A DNA stretch of 36,882 nucleotides from an uncultured Syntrophomonadaceae bacterium. Its GTDB lineage: Bacteria > Bacillota > Dethiobacteria > DTU022. The notes under the pieces were generated by a model. The model was not told where the DNA came from, ran no database searches, and saw only the letters and a list, made by a program, of their open reading frames with translations. This document shows, piece after piece, positions 18,502 to 27,112 of the stretch (the stretch's first letter is position 1; every line of letters starts with the position of its first letter). A program made the position numbers and the translations under genes. Location: NCBI GenBank assembly GCA_964456945.1, contig CAYWDA010000007.1:1-36882 (forward strand), written 5' to 3'.

Positions 18502-20581
18502 TTTTCTGAGGTTGGTAAACCCTGGCGCGGTAGAAGAGGATAAAAAAAGCCCGGTTTATTATGAAAAGTTGCTGCTTGTCTATCTGAACGGCGACCGCAG
18601 AGTTAATCTTCGTATACCGGGGCCGCCTGTTGGTGGGGTGTCTCTGCAGATCGATAATACACGACGCTGTCGCCATGGTTCGGTAGCGACCCTGATCCTT
18701 GATCTTCAAAATGATTCCGAACCGCTTAAGTTGCTTGACTTTAAACTCCAAATGCATCCGGCTTTATCCGCTGAGTGTAAAATGATGGTTAACGGCTTTC
18801 AATCATGGAGCCGCAGCGAAGAGATGGGGGCTGCCGATCGTATTATTCCCCTCTTTAAGCCTGTGCGTCCCCTGCTGGCGCCCTGTGGTGATACAAACTT
18901 CTATCGCTCTAGCGGCAGGCGGGGCAGGCTTCATTCCTGGAATTACACCTACTTTCGTAACCCGGATGACAAAACCCTGTTTATCGGTTCTCTCGATGAA
19001 AAAAGCGGCTATACATTGTTTGAATATGACTATGACCGTGACCGCCTGATCATTCGCAAAGATTGCCGTGGAGCAGCCGTTTCTTCCGGGTACCAGCTTC
19101 TGAATCTCTATATCGGTTGGGGCTACCCCGATCAGCTTTTTGAAGAATTTATGAGTTTATCAGGCCACACCAGGAATCCGGCCCCAAAAGCCTCGGGATG
19201 GTGCAGCTGGTATAATTATTACACAACTGTATCTGAAACAATTGTGCGGGAAAACCTGGCTGCCCTTTCTCAATCAAAGCTGCCCTTTGACTATTTTCAA
19301 ATTGATGATGGTTGGCAGAAATCGATTGGTGACTGGCTTGAAAGCAACGAAAAATTTCCAGCGGGCATGAAATCCATCTGCGAAGAGATTAAGTCATGCC
19401 ATTACCGGCCTGGGTTGTGGCTGGCTCCGCTAATCTGTGTGCCATCATCTGCTGTTTACCGTGAAAAACCTGAGTGGCTGCTTCGCGACCGGAAAGGAAA
19501 GCCGGTCAAAGCCGGTTTTAATCCCGGTTGGGAAGGTTATTTTTATGCCCTTGATTTTTATGCCCCCGGAGTAAAGGATTACCTGAGCCAGGTTTTTAAA
19601 AAAGTGCAGGGTGAGTGGGGTTACCGTATGCTCAAACTTGACTTTCTTTACGCTGCAGCTCTCGTTTCGCATTACGGAAAGTCAAGGGGTCAGATCATGA
19701 GTGAAGTAGTCGACTTCATTGATCAGGAAACCCGTGGCAGCATAGTCCTGGGCTGTGGCGTCCCGCTTGGTCCGGTTTTCGGCCGGGTAGACTATTGTAG
19801 AATCGGCAGCGATGTCGGACCCTACTGGGAAGATTATCTTAAACTGTTTAGTTATCCCGAGCGAGTTTCCACTGAAAATTCTCTTGCCTGCACCATCGGC
19901 CGCCGACATCTTGACCGCGCCGCATTCCGCAATGATCCTGATGTTTTCATTTTGCGTGACGGGGTGCCCGGTATTAATCAAAACCGGCTTAACGCGAACC
20001 AGCGCCTGACCCTTTTTTTCCTTAACAACCTGCTGGGAGGCCTTCTATTCTTTTCTGATCATCTGCCCGGGCTTACAGCAAACCAGCTGCAGCTTCTGCG
20101 CAGCTCCTTTCCACAGCGGGAAGTTGAAATAACCGGCCTGGATAGCTACAACAACCTCTATCATTTTGAATTTATCACTGCCGGAAAAAGCTATCTCGCC
20201 TATGCTAACCTGTCCTCTTCTGCGCGTACTGTCAGACTTCCCGGCGGGCAGTTTTATAGCCCTGACCACTTCATTTTACAGCCAGGGGAAACACTCACCC
20301 TTGAACCGTACCAGAGCGTCTGCTTTTACCGCATAGAGCCTCTATCTGGCTCCCTTTACCTGATCGGCGCTTCCGGGCATATCTTCCCCGGCTCCCAGAT
20401 CAACCTGCTGGAGGTGGATGGTGATCACGTAACACTGAGCTTACACCCGGACTCCTCGGCCGAAACGACAGTATACCTCTCTTTGCCTGAAGGAAAACAG
20501 GGGGTAAAGGTCAATGGCCAATTCTACAATGCCGAAATCACCGCTAATCTGAACCTGATCAGCATCAATTATTTGCATTAA
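18470..20581 (+). CDS. Glycoside hydrolase, GH36/GH27 clan-D alpha-galactosidase-like
   Basis: Motifs present are GWCSWYNYY, FQIDDGWQ, RPGLWLAP and YRMLKLDFLY (nucleophile-Asp context). No signal peptide is apparent. The start is unresolved: GTG 18470 overlaps the previous gene by 32 nt, and TTG 18512 and TTG 18569 are in-frame alternatives without a good SD. Confidence 0.7.
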   Translation: MIVFLKRIQNNFLRLVNPGAVEEDKKSPVYYEKLLLVYLNGDRRVNLRIPGPPVGGVSLQIDNTRRCRHGSVATLILDLQNDSEPLKLLDFKLQMHPALSAECKMMVNGFQSWSRSEEMGAADRIIPLFKPVRPLLAPCGDTNFYRSSGRRGRLHSWNYTYFRNPDDKTLFIGSLDEKSGYTLFEYDYDRDRLIIRKDCRGAAVSSGYQLLNLYIGWGYPDQLFEEFMSLSGHTRNPAPKASGWCSWYNYYTTVSETIVRENLAALSQSKLPFDYFQIDDGWQKSIGDWLESNEKFPAGMKSICEEIKSCHYRPGLWLAPLICVPSSAVYREKPEWLLRDRKGKPVKAGFNPGWEGYFYALDFYAPGVKDYLSQVFKKVQGEWGYRMLKLDFLYAAALVSHYGKSRGQIMSEVVDFIDQETRGSIVLGCGVPLGPVFGRVDYCRIGSDVGPYWEDYLKLFSYPERVSTENSLACTIGRRHLDRAAFRNDPDVFILRDGVPGINQNRLNANQRLTLFFLNNLLGGLLFFSDHLPGLTANQLQLLRSSFPQREVEITGLDSYNNLYHFEFITAGKSYLAYANLSSSARTVRLPGGQFYSPDHFILQPGETLTLEPYQSVCFYRIEPLSGSLYLIGASGHIFPGSQINLLEVDGDHVTLSLHPDSSAETTVYLSLPEGKQGVKVNGQFYNAEITANLNLISINYLH

Positions 20582-20662
20582 CCCTCATTTGATATTCTCA
20601 CCAAGCTAGACACCCCGGCCCAAAAGGCCTCTAATTTTCTGGTAAAGGAGAGCGGAAATCTC

Positions 20663-21733
20663 TTGAAAATACTGCATACAGCAGATTTGCATTTAACCGA
20701 AAAAGCCCCTGAGCGTTGGGAAGCCTTGGCACAAATAGTAGCTCTTGCCCGCATGCATCAAGTTTCAGCCCTGCTTATTGCCGGTGACCTGTTTGACCAT
20801 AATGTTGAAGCTGATAAACTGCGCCCCAGGCTGCGTGCAGTTCTTGCCGGGGCCGGTTTTCAAACGATTGTATTACCAGGCAACCACGATCATAAAGCGT
20901 ATCGCAGTGGTCTTTATTTTGGTGATAATGTAACAGTAATCAGCAGTTGTTCAGAGCCTGTGCGGTTCGGTGATCTGACTATATGGGGCTTGCCCTACGA
21001 AAAAATTAGCGGGGAAGATCTCGTTGGGTGCCTGCGCAGCATGGGAGCGCTTATGAACCCGAATGAGTACAATATCCTGCTCTATCACGGTGAATTGCTT
21101 GATGCCTATTTTTCCCGGCAGGAACTTGGCGATGAAGGTGATCAGCGCTATATGCCCGCCAGATTGTCATATTTTGAGCAGATGCCCCTGCAATATGTTT
21201 TAGCAGGGCATTTTCACTCCCGGTATTCCGAATGGCAGCTGCCAGGTGGCGGTCTTTTCATTTATCCTGGATCACCGGTGGCTGTAACCAGGCGCGAGAC
21301 AGGCAGGCGTGTAATAAATTTGCTTGACCTTGATAGTGCGCCGGTTGAAATACCCCTGGATAGCTACCATTATGAAGCAATAACCTTAGATCTTGATCCG
21401 TTCAGTGCAGCCGATCCGTTATTGCTTCTTGAGCAGCGTCTGCAGGGTATTCATTCAAAGGCAAAAGTACTCCTTACCGTGCAGGGCCTTTTTAACGGTT
21501 CAGCGCTCGGTATGCATGAGAGTGAACTCGCTTCCGCACTGCGTGAAAAAGCGCAAGACCGTCTGACTGGTGAACCGGTGGAAAACTTTTATGATGTACA
21601 GCATGTTCTGGAAGACGATCTCTTCAGGCAGTTTAAAACAAGGCTGGCTGAAAAGGACTGTTCTCCTGAGCAGATGGAGCAGGTCACTGAGATGGCCATT
21701 CGCGCTTTCAGGGTGGTGAAAGCATGTTCCTGA
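20663..21733 (+). CDS. SbcD/Mre11-like calcineurin-fold metallophosphoesterase (DNA repair exonuclease family, YhaO-like)
   Basis: Phosphoesterase motifs are present: MKILHTADLHL (motif I), LLIAGDLFD (II), LPGNHD (III) and AGHFH. It starts at TTG after AAAGGAG and overlaps the next gene by 10 nt. Confidence 0.8.
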   Translation: MKILHTADLHLTEKAPERWEALAQIVALARMHQVSALLIAGDLFDHNVEADKLRPRLRAVLAGAGFQTIVLPGNHDHKAYRSGLYFGDNVTVISSCSEPVRFGDLTIWGLPYEKISGEDLVGCLRSMGALMNPNEYNILLYHGELLDAYFSRQELGDEGDQRYMPARLSYFEQMPLQYVLAGHFHSRYSEWQLPGGGLFIYPGSPVAVTRRETGRRVINLLDLDSAPVEIPLDSYHYEAITLDLDPFSAADPLLLLEQRLQGIHSKAKVLLTVQGLFNGSALGMHESELASALREKAQDRLTGEPVENFYDVQHVLEDDLFRQFKTRLAEKDCSPEQMEQVTEMAIRAFRVVKACS

Positions 21734-24063
21734 AAGAATTCGCAATCAGGCGCTATGGCCCACTGCCGGATTCCGGCAAGCGGGTATTGGGAGCGTTTAA
21801 CCTCTTTTACGGGCCGAACGAAGAAGGGAAAACGCTGACTATAGATGCCATCCTGAAAATACTTTTTGGAAAAAGCGCAGCCCGCTATTTTGGCGAAATC
21901 AAAAGGGTGGAAGAAAACCCGGAAGGTTACCTGGTAATTGGGGAAAATAGCAACAAAGAAACTGTTCTTCCCGCAGAGGGTAATATTAACGAGCTTTTTG
22001 GTTATAGTATCGCTGAATTCAGTAATATCTTCATTATTCGCGACAGCGATCTGACCATTAACGATGAAGGCGATTTTTACCGCGGAATTACCGGCCGTCT
22101 GACCGGTATGCGCAGCGACGAGATCGCTAATATTAAAGACAGCCTCTGTGACCTGGGACGTATTACAGCGAGCGGTGAATATCAGAATACAGCGCCCCAT
22201 AAGTTAAAGGATCGCATCAGAAAAGTACAGGCCCTGCTTGCTAAGATTGATCCGCTTTCGGCTCGCCTGCTGGAAGAAGGTTTCAGCAACTTTGAAGAAG
22301 AACTGGCTAGCCTTGAGGCAGAGCAAAGTGAAACGGTAAATAAACTAAGCGATTTAAGGGCTGCGGCCAACCGCGATCGTTATTGCAAAGGCCGCGAGGT
22401 CTTAATAAAGCTGCAAGAAGCGCTTGCCTTTCTTGACGGACTTAAAACCTATAAGCGGGCTGACTATGAAGCCTGGCAGCGCGCTGAATTAAGCCTTGAA
22501 CATTTTGAGGATGATCACAGTCAGCTAAAAAGGGAAAACATTGAAAAGCAGGCAGCGCTGACTGTGGTGCGTAACGCTAAAAAAGAGCAGGAAATTGCTT
22601 ATAAATTAGCTGATAACAGGTTAAAAACTGCCCGGGAAAAAATTGAACCGCTGCTGGATGCTCATGATCCAGAGGAGGCCCTTGCCCTGAAAAGTGAGGT
22701 CTTTATTAATAACCCATATTACAACAGGGGTATTGTTCTGGTCGGACTCATTTTATTGATTTCGCTGGTCAGCGCTATTTTGCGCCCGTCCTGGTGGCTA
22801 TTTATTTTTCTCTCAGTCTCAGCGCTTCTGACACTGCTGGCGGGCTGGTTTCGTTATAATCTACTAGCCAGGCAAAGTCGGTTGGCCATAATCAGGGCAA
22901 AGACTTTCAGGGAGGCAGATATGTTGGGCCTTCCCGGTGGTGACATAGTTAAGCTCCGCGCCGCCCTGGGGCAATTAAATGTTGAAGCAGAGCTTCAAAG
23001 CGAGATGTTAAGTGAAGCTGAAAAAGAAGTCGAATGGCAGCAGAAAGAAGTTGATCGCCTAAACGCTGAGCTTAGAGATAAACTACAGCGCATTGCAGCC
23101 GTTAAAGAGCAGATTAACGAAATTAAGCTTACGCTGCAGCTTGATGCACTCGCTGATTTCGCAGCGCTTCTTAAAAGAAAAGATCAACTTGAAAACGACG
23201 TAGACAGGCAGGTAAGTATACTGGAGAGCCATTTTGAGCAGAAAGGCAATCTACTCTCACTTGAAAGACAGATTGATCTCTTTGCAGAACAGGTCGAAGA
23301 ATTGGCCTCCTACGCTCCGGCTGCACCGGGTGTAAAATTTGACCAATCTATCCTGAATAAACTTAATGAGAACCGCCAAAAGTTTGAAACGGCGATCAAG
23401 ATAATGCAGGAAAAGATGAAGGATAGCTCTGAAGAACTGCGCAACATAGAAAAAGAGGTCAATGAACTGCTTCATCTTGACAAGGAAGGTCATCTGCCCT
23501 GTCAGACCACACTTGACCTGGAAATGATTGGTAAACGCTTGCAAGATTGGCTTGATTGCCTTGAGACAGAAAGAAAAGCCGCCCTGCTTTCCCTCGAGAT
23601 TTTTAGCGAAATGGAGGAAGCGGAAGAGCAGAAAGTATCCGCTCTCTTCGGGCAAAACAGCCTGGTCAGCAAGTATTTTAGCATCATTACAAACGGGCGC
23701 TACAAAGAGGTTTGCTTCGACAGCAGGGATAACCCGATAAAAACTGTCCGCGCTGACGGCACAGCACTAAATGCTGCCAGTCTTTCCGGTGGTGCCTACG
23801 ACCAGCTCTATTTTGCAATCAGGCTGGCTCTCGGTGAGAAACTGCTTGAAGGAGAAAAGGGTTTTTTCATCCTTGACGATCCCTTTATCAAGGCCGATCC
23901 GGTGCGCTTACAAGCTCTTTTAAGCATGCTTTTTGAAATCTGCGCCAGCGGTTGGCAGATTCTCTACTTTAGTTCAAAGGGTGAAATTAAAGAGGCCCTA
24001 AATCACAAAATATCTGCAGGGGACGTATTAGAGTTCTCCATCAAACTGAACGACAGTAAATAA
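21724..24063 (+). CDS. SbcC/Rad50-like AAA/ABC-type ATPase with long coiled coils and a central two-helix membrane hairpin (YhaN-like)
   Basis: Walker A is FYGPNEEGKT (residues about 28-37). The C-terminal ABC signature is LSGGAYDQLYFAIRLALG and Walker B is FFILDDPF. Heptad-rich Glu/Lys/Leu segments flank two hydrophobic helices at residues about 336-376 (nt 22729-22851). There is no CxxC zinc hook. Confidence 0.8.
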   Translation: MFLKEFAIRRYGPLPDSGKRVLGAFNLFYGPNEEGKTLTIDAILKILFGKSAARYFGEIKRVEENPEGYLVIGENSNKETVLPAEGNINELFGYSIAEFSNIFIIRDSDLTINDEGDFYRGITGRLTGMRSDEIANIKDSLCDLGRITASGEYQNTAPHKLKDRIRKVQALLAKIDPLSARLLEEGFSNFEEELASLEAEQSETVNKLSDLRAAANRDRYCKGREVLIKLQEALAFLDGLKTYKRADYEAWQRAELSLEHFEDDHSQLKRENIEKQAALTVVRNAKKEQEIAYKLADNRLKTAREKIEPLLDAHDPEEALALKSEVFINNPYYNRGIVLVGLILLISLVSAILRPSWWLFIFLSVSALLTLLAGWFRYNLLARQSRLAIIRAKTFREADMLGLPGGDIVKLRAALGQLNVEAELQSEMLSEAEKEVEWQQKEVDRLNAELRDKLQRIAAVKEQINEIKLTLQLDALADFAALLKRKDQLENDVDRQVSILESHFEQKGNLLSLERQIDLFAEQVEELASYAPAAPGVKFDQSILNKLNENRQKFETAIKIMQEKMKDSSEELRNIEKEVNELLHLDKEGHLPCQTTLDLEMIGKRLQDWLDCLETERKAALLSLEIFSEMEEAEEQKVSALFGQNSLVSKYFSIITNGRYKEVCFDSRDNPIKTVRADGTALNAASLSGGAYDQLYFAIRLALGEKLLEGEKGFFILDDPFIKADPVRLQALLSMLFEICASGWQILYFSSKGEIKEALNHKISAGDVLEFSIKLNDSK

Positions 24064-24089
24064 CGCCAGCAACCTCGGAGGTGAAATAA

Positions 24090-24824
24090 ATGCAATTATC
24101 CATTCTGGGCTGCTATGGTCCCTATCCGCCGGCTGGAGGAGCCTGTTCCGGTTACCTGCTGCAAGAGAAAGGCTGCAGCATCCTTCTGGATTGCGGTAAT
24201 GGTGTGCTTAGCCGACTGCAGAGCTACTTACCATTTTGGCAGCTTGATGCCGTGCTGCTTTCCCACCTGCACGCTGACCATTTTTCGGATATTATGATCA
24301 TGCGCTACGGTTTAGAGATGGCTTACATCCGGGGCTTACGCACTGAACCACTGCCACTTTACACCCCTGCCGAGCCTATTTCCGAGTTTGAACGTCTGCC
24401 CTACAAAAATGCCTACAATGTTAAGAGTATAGCTAACAGTGAAAAGCTCATCATTGGCCCTTTCAGGATCAGTTTCAGGGCGGGCATCCATGCCGTGCCA
24501 TCACTCTCTATGCGTATCGAATCGCCATCTGCCACCCTGGTTTATTCCGGAGATACAGAATACTACCGGGGTCTTGAAAATCTGGCCGCTGGTGCAGATC
24601 TCTTTCTTTGCGAGGCCAATTATAGCGAAGCCGATCTTAACGCTGGTTTGCCTAACCATCTAAGCGCAGCCCAGGCTGCTCAAATTGCCGCCGCGGCCAA
24701 GGTAAAAAGATTAATGCTAACCCACCACCATCCCGAACGTAACCCGGACCTTTCTATATCCGCGGCAGCCAAACACTACCCGGACGTTCAATTAGCCACA
24801 GAGCAGTCAGTAATTGATCTATGA
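24090..24824 (+). CDS. MBL-fold metallo-hydrolase
   Basis: The HxHxDH motif occurs in LLSHLHADHFSD. GDTEY and a C-terminal LTHHHP are present. The length is 244 aa, with SD GGAGGTG. Confidence 0.8.
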   Translation: MQLSILGCYGPYPPAGGACSGYLLQEKGCSILLDCGNGVLSRLQSYLPFWQLDAVLLSHLHADHFSDIMIMRYGLEMAYIRGLRTEPLPLYTPAEPISEFERLPYKNAYNVKSIANSEKLIIGPFRISFRAGIHAVPSLSMRIESPSATLVYSGDTEYYRGLENLAAGADLFLCEANYSEADLNAGLPNHLSAAQAAQIAAAAKVKRLMLTHHHPERNPDLSISAAAKHYPDVQLATEQSVIDL

Positions 24825-24982
24825 TCAATATTTTAAAACTGGTGCGCGATAATTGCAGAAAGCTTTAATTAGCAAGAAAGGGAGTTTTTTAACGGAATAC
24901 TTATGGTGAAGTCGGGTAAGTGGTTTATCAGCTATGGTTCAATAGTATAATGATACTATAATTAAGACAGGGGGAACTTAAA

Positions 24983-25540
24983 ATGACCAAGCTAAAGCAG
25001 TCACTGCAAATCCTTTTGGGCCCGGTGCCATCAGCCCTGATCGCCTGTGGCCGTGACAATGAGCAAAACATAATAACCCTGGCCTGGGTTGGAGTAGTCA
25101 ACTCTTCACCGCCGATGATCTCTGCCGCTATACGCGCCAATCGCCACTCCTATGGCATCATAAAAGAAAATGGTGAGTTTACCGTAAACATACCCTCCGC
25201 AGATCAGGTTAAAATAGCAGACCTATGCGGCACCTTAAGCGGAGCTGATATTGATAAGTTTGTTCGCTTCAATCTCACCCCTGTAAAAGGCCTGCTTAAA
25301 AGAGCGCCGATGATTGAAGAGTGTCCGATCAGCATGGAATGTATAGTAAAAGATACTCTCAAATTGGGCAGCCATACTGTTTTTATCGGCCAGGTAATCT
25401 CGACATACTTGGCGGAAGAGATTTTAGACGAAGCTGGCAAGATTGATTTCAAACGTTTTTCGTTGCTTGGCTTCTGTGCTGGAAGTTACCTGCAGACTGC
25501 ACCGCTCGACCTCTCCCTTGGCTTTACCCTTAAAGAGTAA
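24983..25540 (+). CDS. Flavin reductase-like (FMN-binding split-barrel) domain protein
   Basis: Typical flavin_reduct family sequence is present: NIITLAWVGVVNSSPPMISAAIR ... FTVNIPS ... SHTVFIGQV. The length is 185 aa. Confidence 0.7.
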   Translation: MTKLKQSLQILLGPVPSALIACGRDNEQNIITLAWVGVVNSSPPMISAAIRANRHSYGIIKENGEFTVNIPSADQVKIADLCGTLSGADIDKFVRFNLTPVKGLLKRAPMIEECPISMECIVKDTLKLGSHTVFIGQVISTYLAEEILDEAGKIDFKRFSLLGFCAGSYLQTAPLDLSLGFTLKE

Positions 25541-25609
25541 AGCATAATTTGTTAGCATTTCTTAATTCATGATAAATATATGGCCCTGCTGCTGAAGAAA
25601 CCGATTAAG

Positions 25610-25639
25610 TTGCCAAGCGCCTTTTTAACTTGTTATAAT
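25610..25639 (+). promoter_or_regulatory. Sigma-A-type promoter with extended -10 upstream of selA
   Basis: TTGCCA (25610-25615) is separated by 18 nt from TATAAT (25634-25639), which is preceded by TG (TGTTATAAT). It lies 25 nt upstream of the selA start. Confidence 0.6.
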
Positions 25640-25664
25640 ACTAAAGAAAGGTGAGGTCAATATT

Positions 25665-27080
25665 GTGACTGATTTTCAGGCATTACTCAGGGAATTACCG
25701 GCGGTTGACCGCCTGCTGCGTGAACCGTTGCTGGATGATTTGGCGACCCGCCTGCCTCGCCGGGTAATTCTGCAGGCGGTTCAGGAAACGATCAACCTTT
25801 ACCGCAGTAGTATTAATGAACATAAATCAGATCCCCTAAAACTTGATCAGCTAAACCTTTCCCCGCTATCAATGGCTATGGAGGCGGCCTCGCTTGCCGA
25901 AAAACGGGCCGGGTCAAGTCTTAAACCGCTGATTAACGCTACGGGAATCGTGATTCACACCAATTTAGGGCGTGCCCCTCTGGCCGGATCTGCCGTTGAA
26001 GCACTATCAGCAGTTGCTGCAAACTACAACAATCTTGAGCTTTCGCTCGATGACGGAAAACGCGGATCACGCCAGGAGCACTTAGAAGCGCTGCTCTGTG
26101 AACTAAGCGGCGCTGAAGCAGCCATTACCCTGAATAACAACGCAGCGGCTGTCTTTTTAGCGTTGAAGGCACTGACGGACGGCCGTGAAGTAGTTGTTTC
26201 ACGCGGCCAGCTTGTAGAAATCGGTGGTTCATTCCGCATTCCCGAAATTATGGCGGCCAGCGGCGCTCACCTGGTTGAAGTGGGAACGACCAATAAAACA
26301 TATTTGCGTGACTACGAAAATGCGCTCACTGAAAACAGTGCCGCTTTTCTCAAGGTTCATAGCAGCAACTATCATATGGTAGGCTTTACCGCTGAAGTCA
26401 ATGTGGCCGACCTTGCAGCTCTTGCTCATAAACATAACCTGCTGGTGATCGAAGACCTTGGCAGTGGAGTTTTACTCGATCTTGAAAAATATGGTCTTCC
26501 CGCTGAGCCTCGCGTGCAGGACAGCATCGCTGCCGGAGTTGATCTGGTAACGTTCAGCGGTGATAAAATGCTCGGCGGACCCCAGGCCGGAATTATCGTC
26601 GGGCGCAAAGAACTGGTTGCCAGAATTCGAACCAACCAACTGGCCAGGGCGCTGCGTGTCGACAAATTCACTATCTCCGCCCTTGAAGCGACTCTTCGTC
26701 TCTACCTTGATGAAGAAAGAGCAATCAGCGAAATACCCGTGTGGCGCATGCTTACCGTCGACAATGAAGCCCTTCGAAAGCGCGCGCAGAATATTGCTAA
26801 CCGCTTCGAAGAAACATTTGGCGCAGACGCAATTTCAATTATGCAAGGCATCTCAAAGGTTGGCGGTGGCGCACTGCCCACAGCCGAACTGCCTACTTTT
26901 CTGGTTGGCATCAAGCTGCAGGAAGGCAGCCCTGAAGCGCTGGTTGAAAAACTACGTGCCGGAGACCCACCGGTAATCCTCCGCCTCCAGCAGGATACCC
27001 TGCTCTTTGACCCGCGCACCATCTTTGTAGAACAGGAAGACTCCCTGATTGAAGCTATAAGAACAGCTTACAAGGGTTAG
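25665..27080 (+). CDS. selA: L-seryl-tRNA(Sec) selenium transferase
   Basis: Matches include LRELPAVDRLL at the N-terminus, INATGIVIHTNLGRAPL, and the PLP-lysine motif FSGDKMLGGPQAGIIVG. The start is GTG after AAAGGTGAGG. Confidence 0.93.
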   Translation: MTDFQALLRELPAVDRLLREPLLDDLATRLPRRVILQAVQETINLYRSSINEHKSDPLKLDQLNLSPLSMAMEAASLAEKRAGSSLKPLINATGIVIHTNLGRAPLAGSAVEALSAVAANYNNLELSLDDGKRGSRQEHLEALLCELSGAEAAITLNNNAAAVFLALKALTDGREVVVSRGQLVEIGGSFRIPEIMAASGAHLVEVGTTNKTYLRDYENALTENSAAFLKVHSSNYHMVGFTAEVNVADLAALAHKHNLLVIEDLGSGVLLDLEKYGLPAEPRVQDSIAAGVDLVTFSGDKMLGGPQAGIIVGRKELVARIRTNQLARALRVDKFTISALEATLRLYLDEERAISEIPVWRMLTVDNEALRKRAQNIANRFEETFGADAISIMQGISKVGGGALPTAELPTFLVGIKLQEGSPEALVEKLRAGDPPVILRLQQDTLLFDPRTIFVEQEDSLIEAIRTAYKG

Positions 27081-27112
27081 CAGGTTATAGTTTGCATAGA
27101 GGAGCTGTCAGG

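Noticed and set aside
20617-20629. GGCC-CAAAA-GGCC hairpin after the GH36-like gene as a terminator.
   Set aside because: The stem is only 4 bp with a weak T-tail, so it is thermodynamically implausible.
21589-22200. A 203-aa minus-strand ORF. Similar embedded ORFs occur at 798-1328(-), 8724-9164(-), 23257-23655(-), 26560-26976(+), 27301-27711(-), 31229-31696(-) and 34779-35195(-).
   Set aside because: All are nested inside or antisense to genes with strong family motifs. They are low-complexity, Ser/Arg/Pro-rich translations with no ribosome-binding sites, so I treated them as frame shadows.
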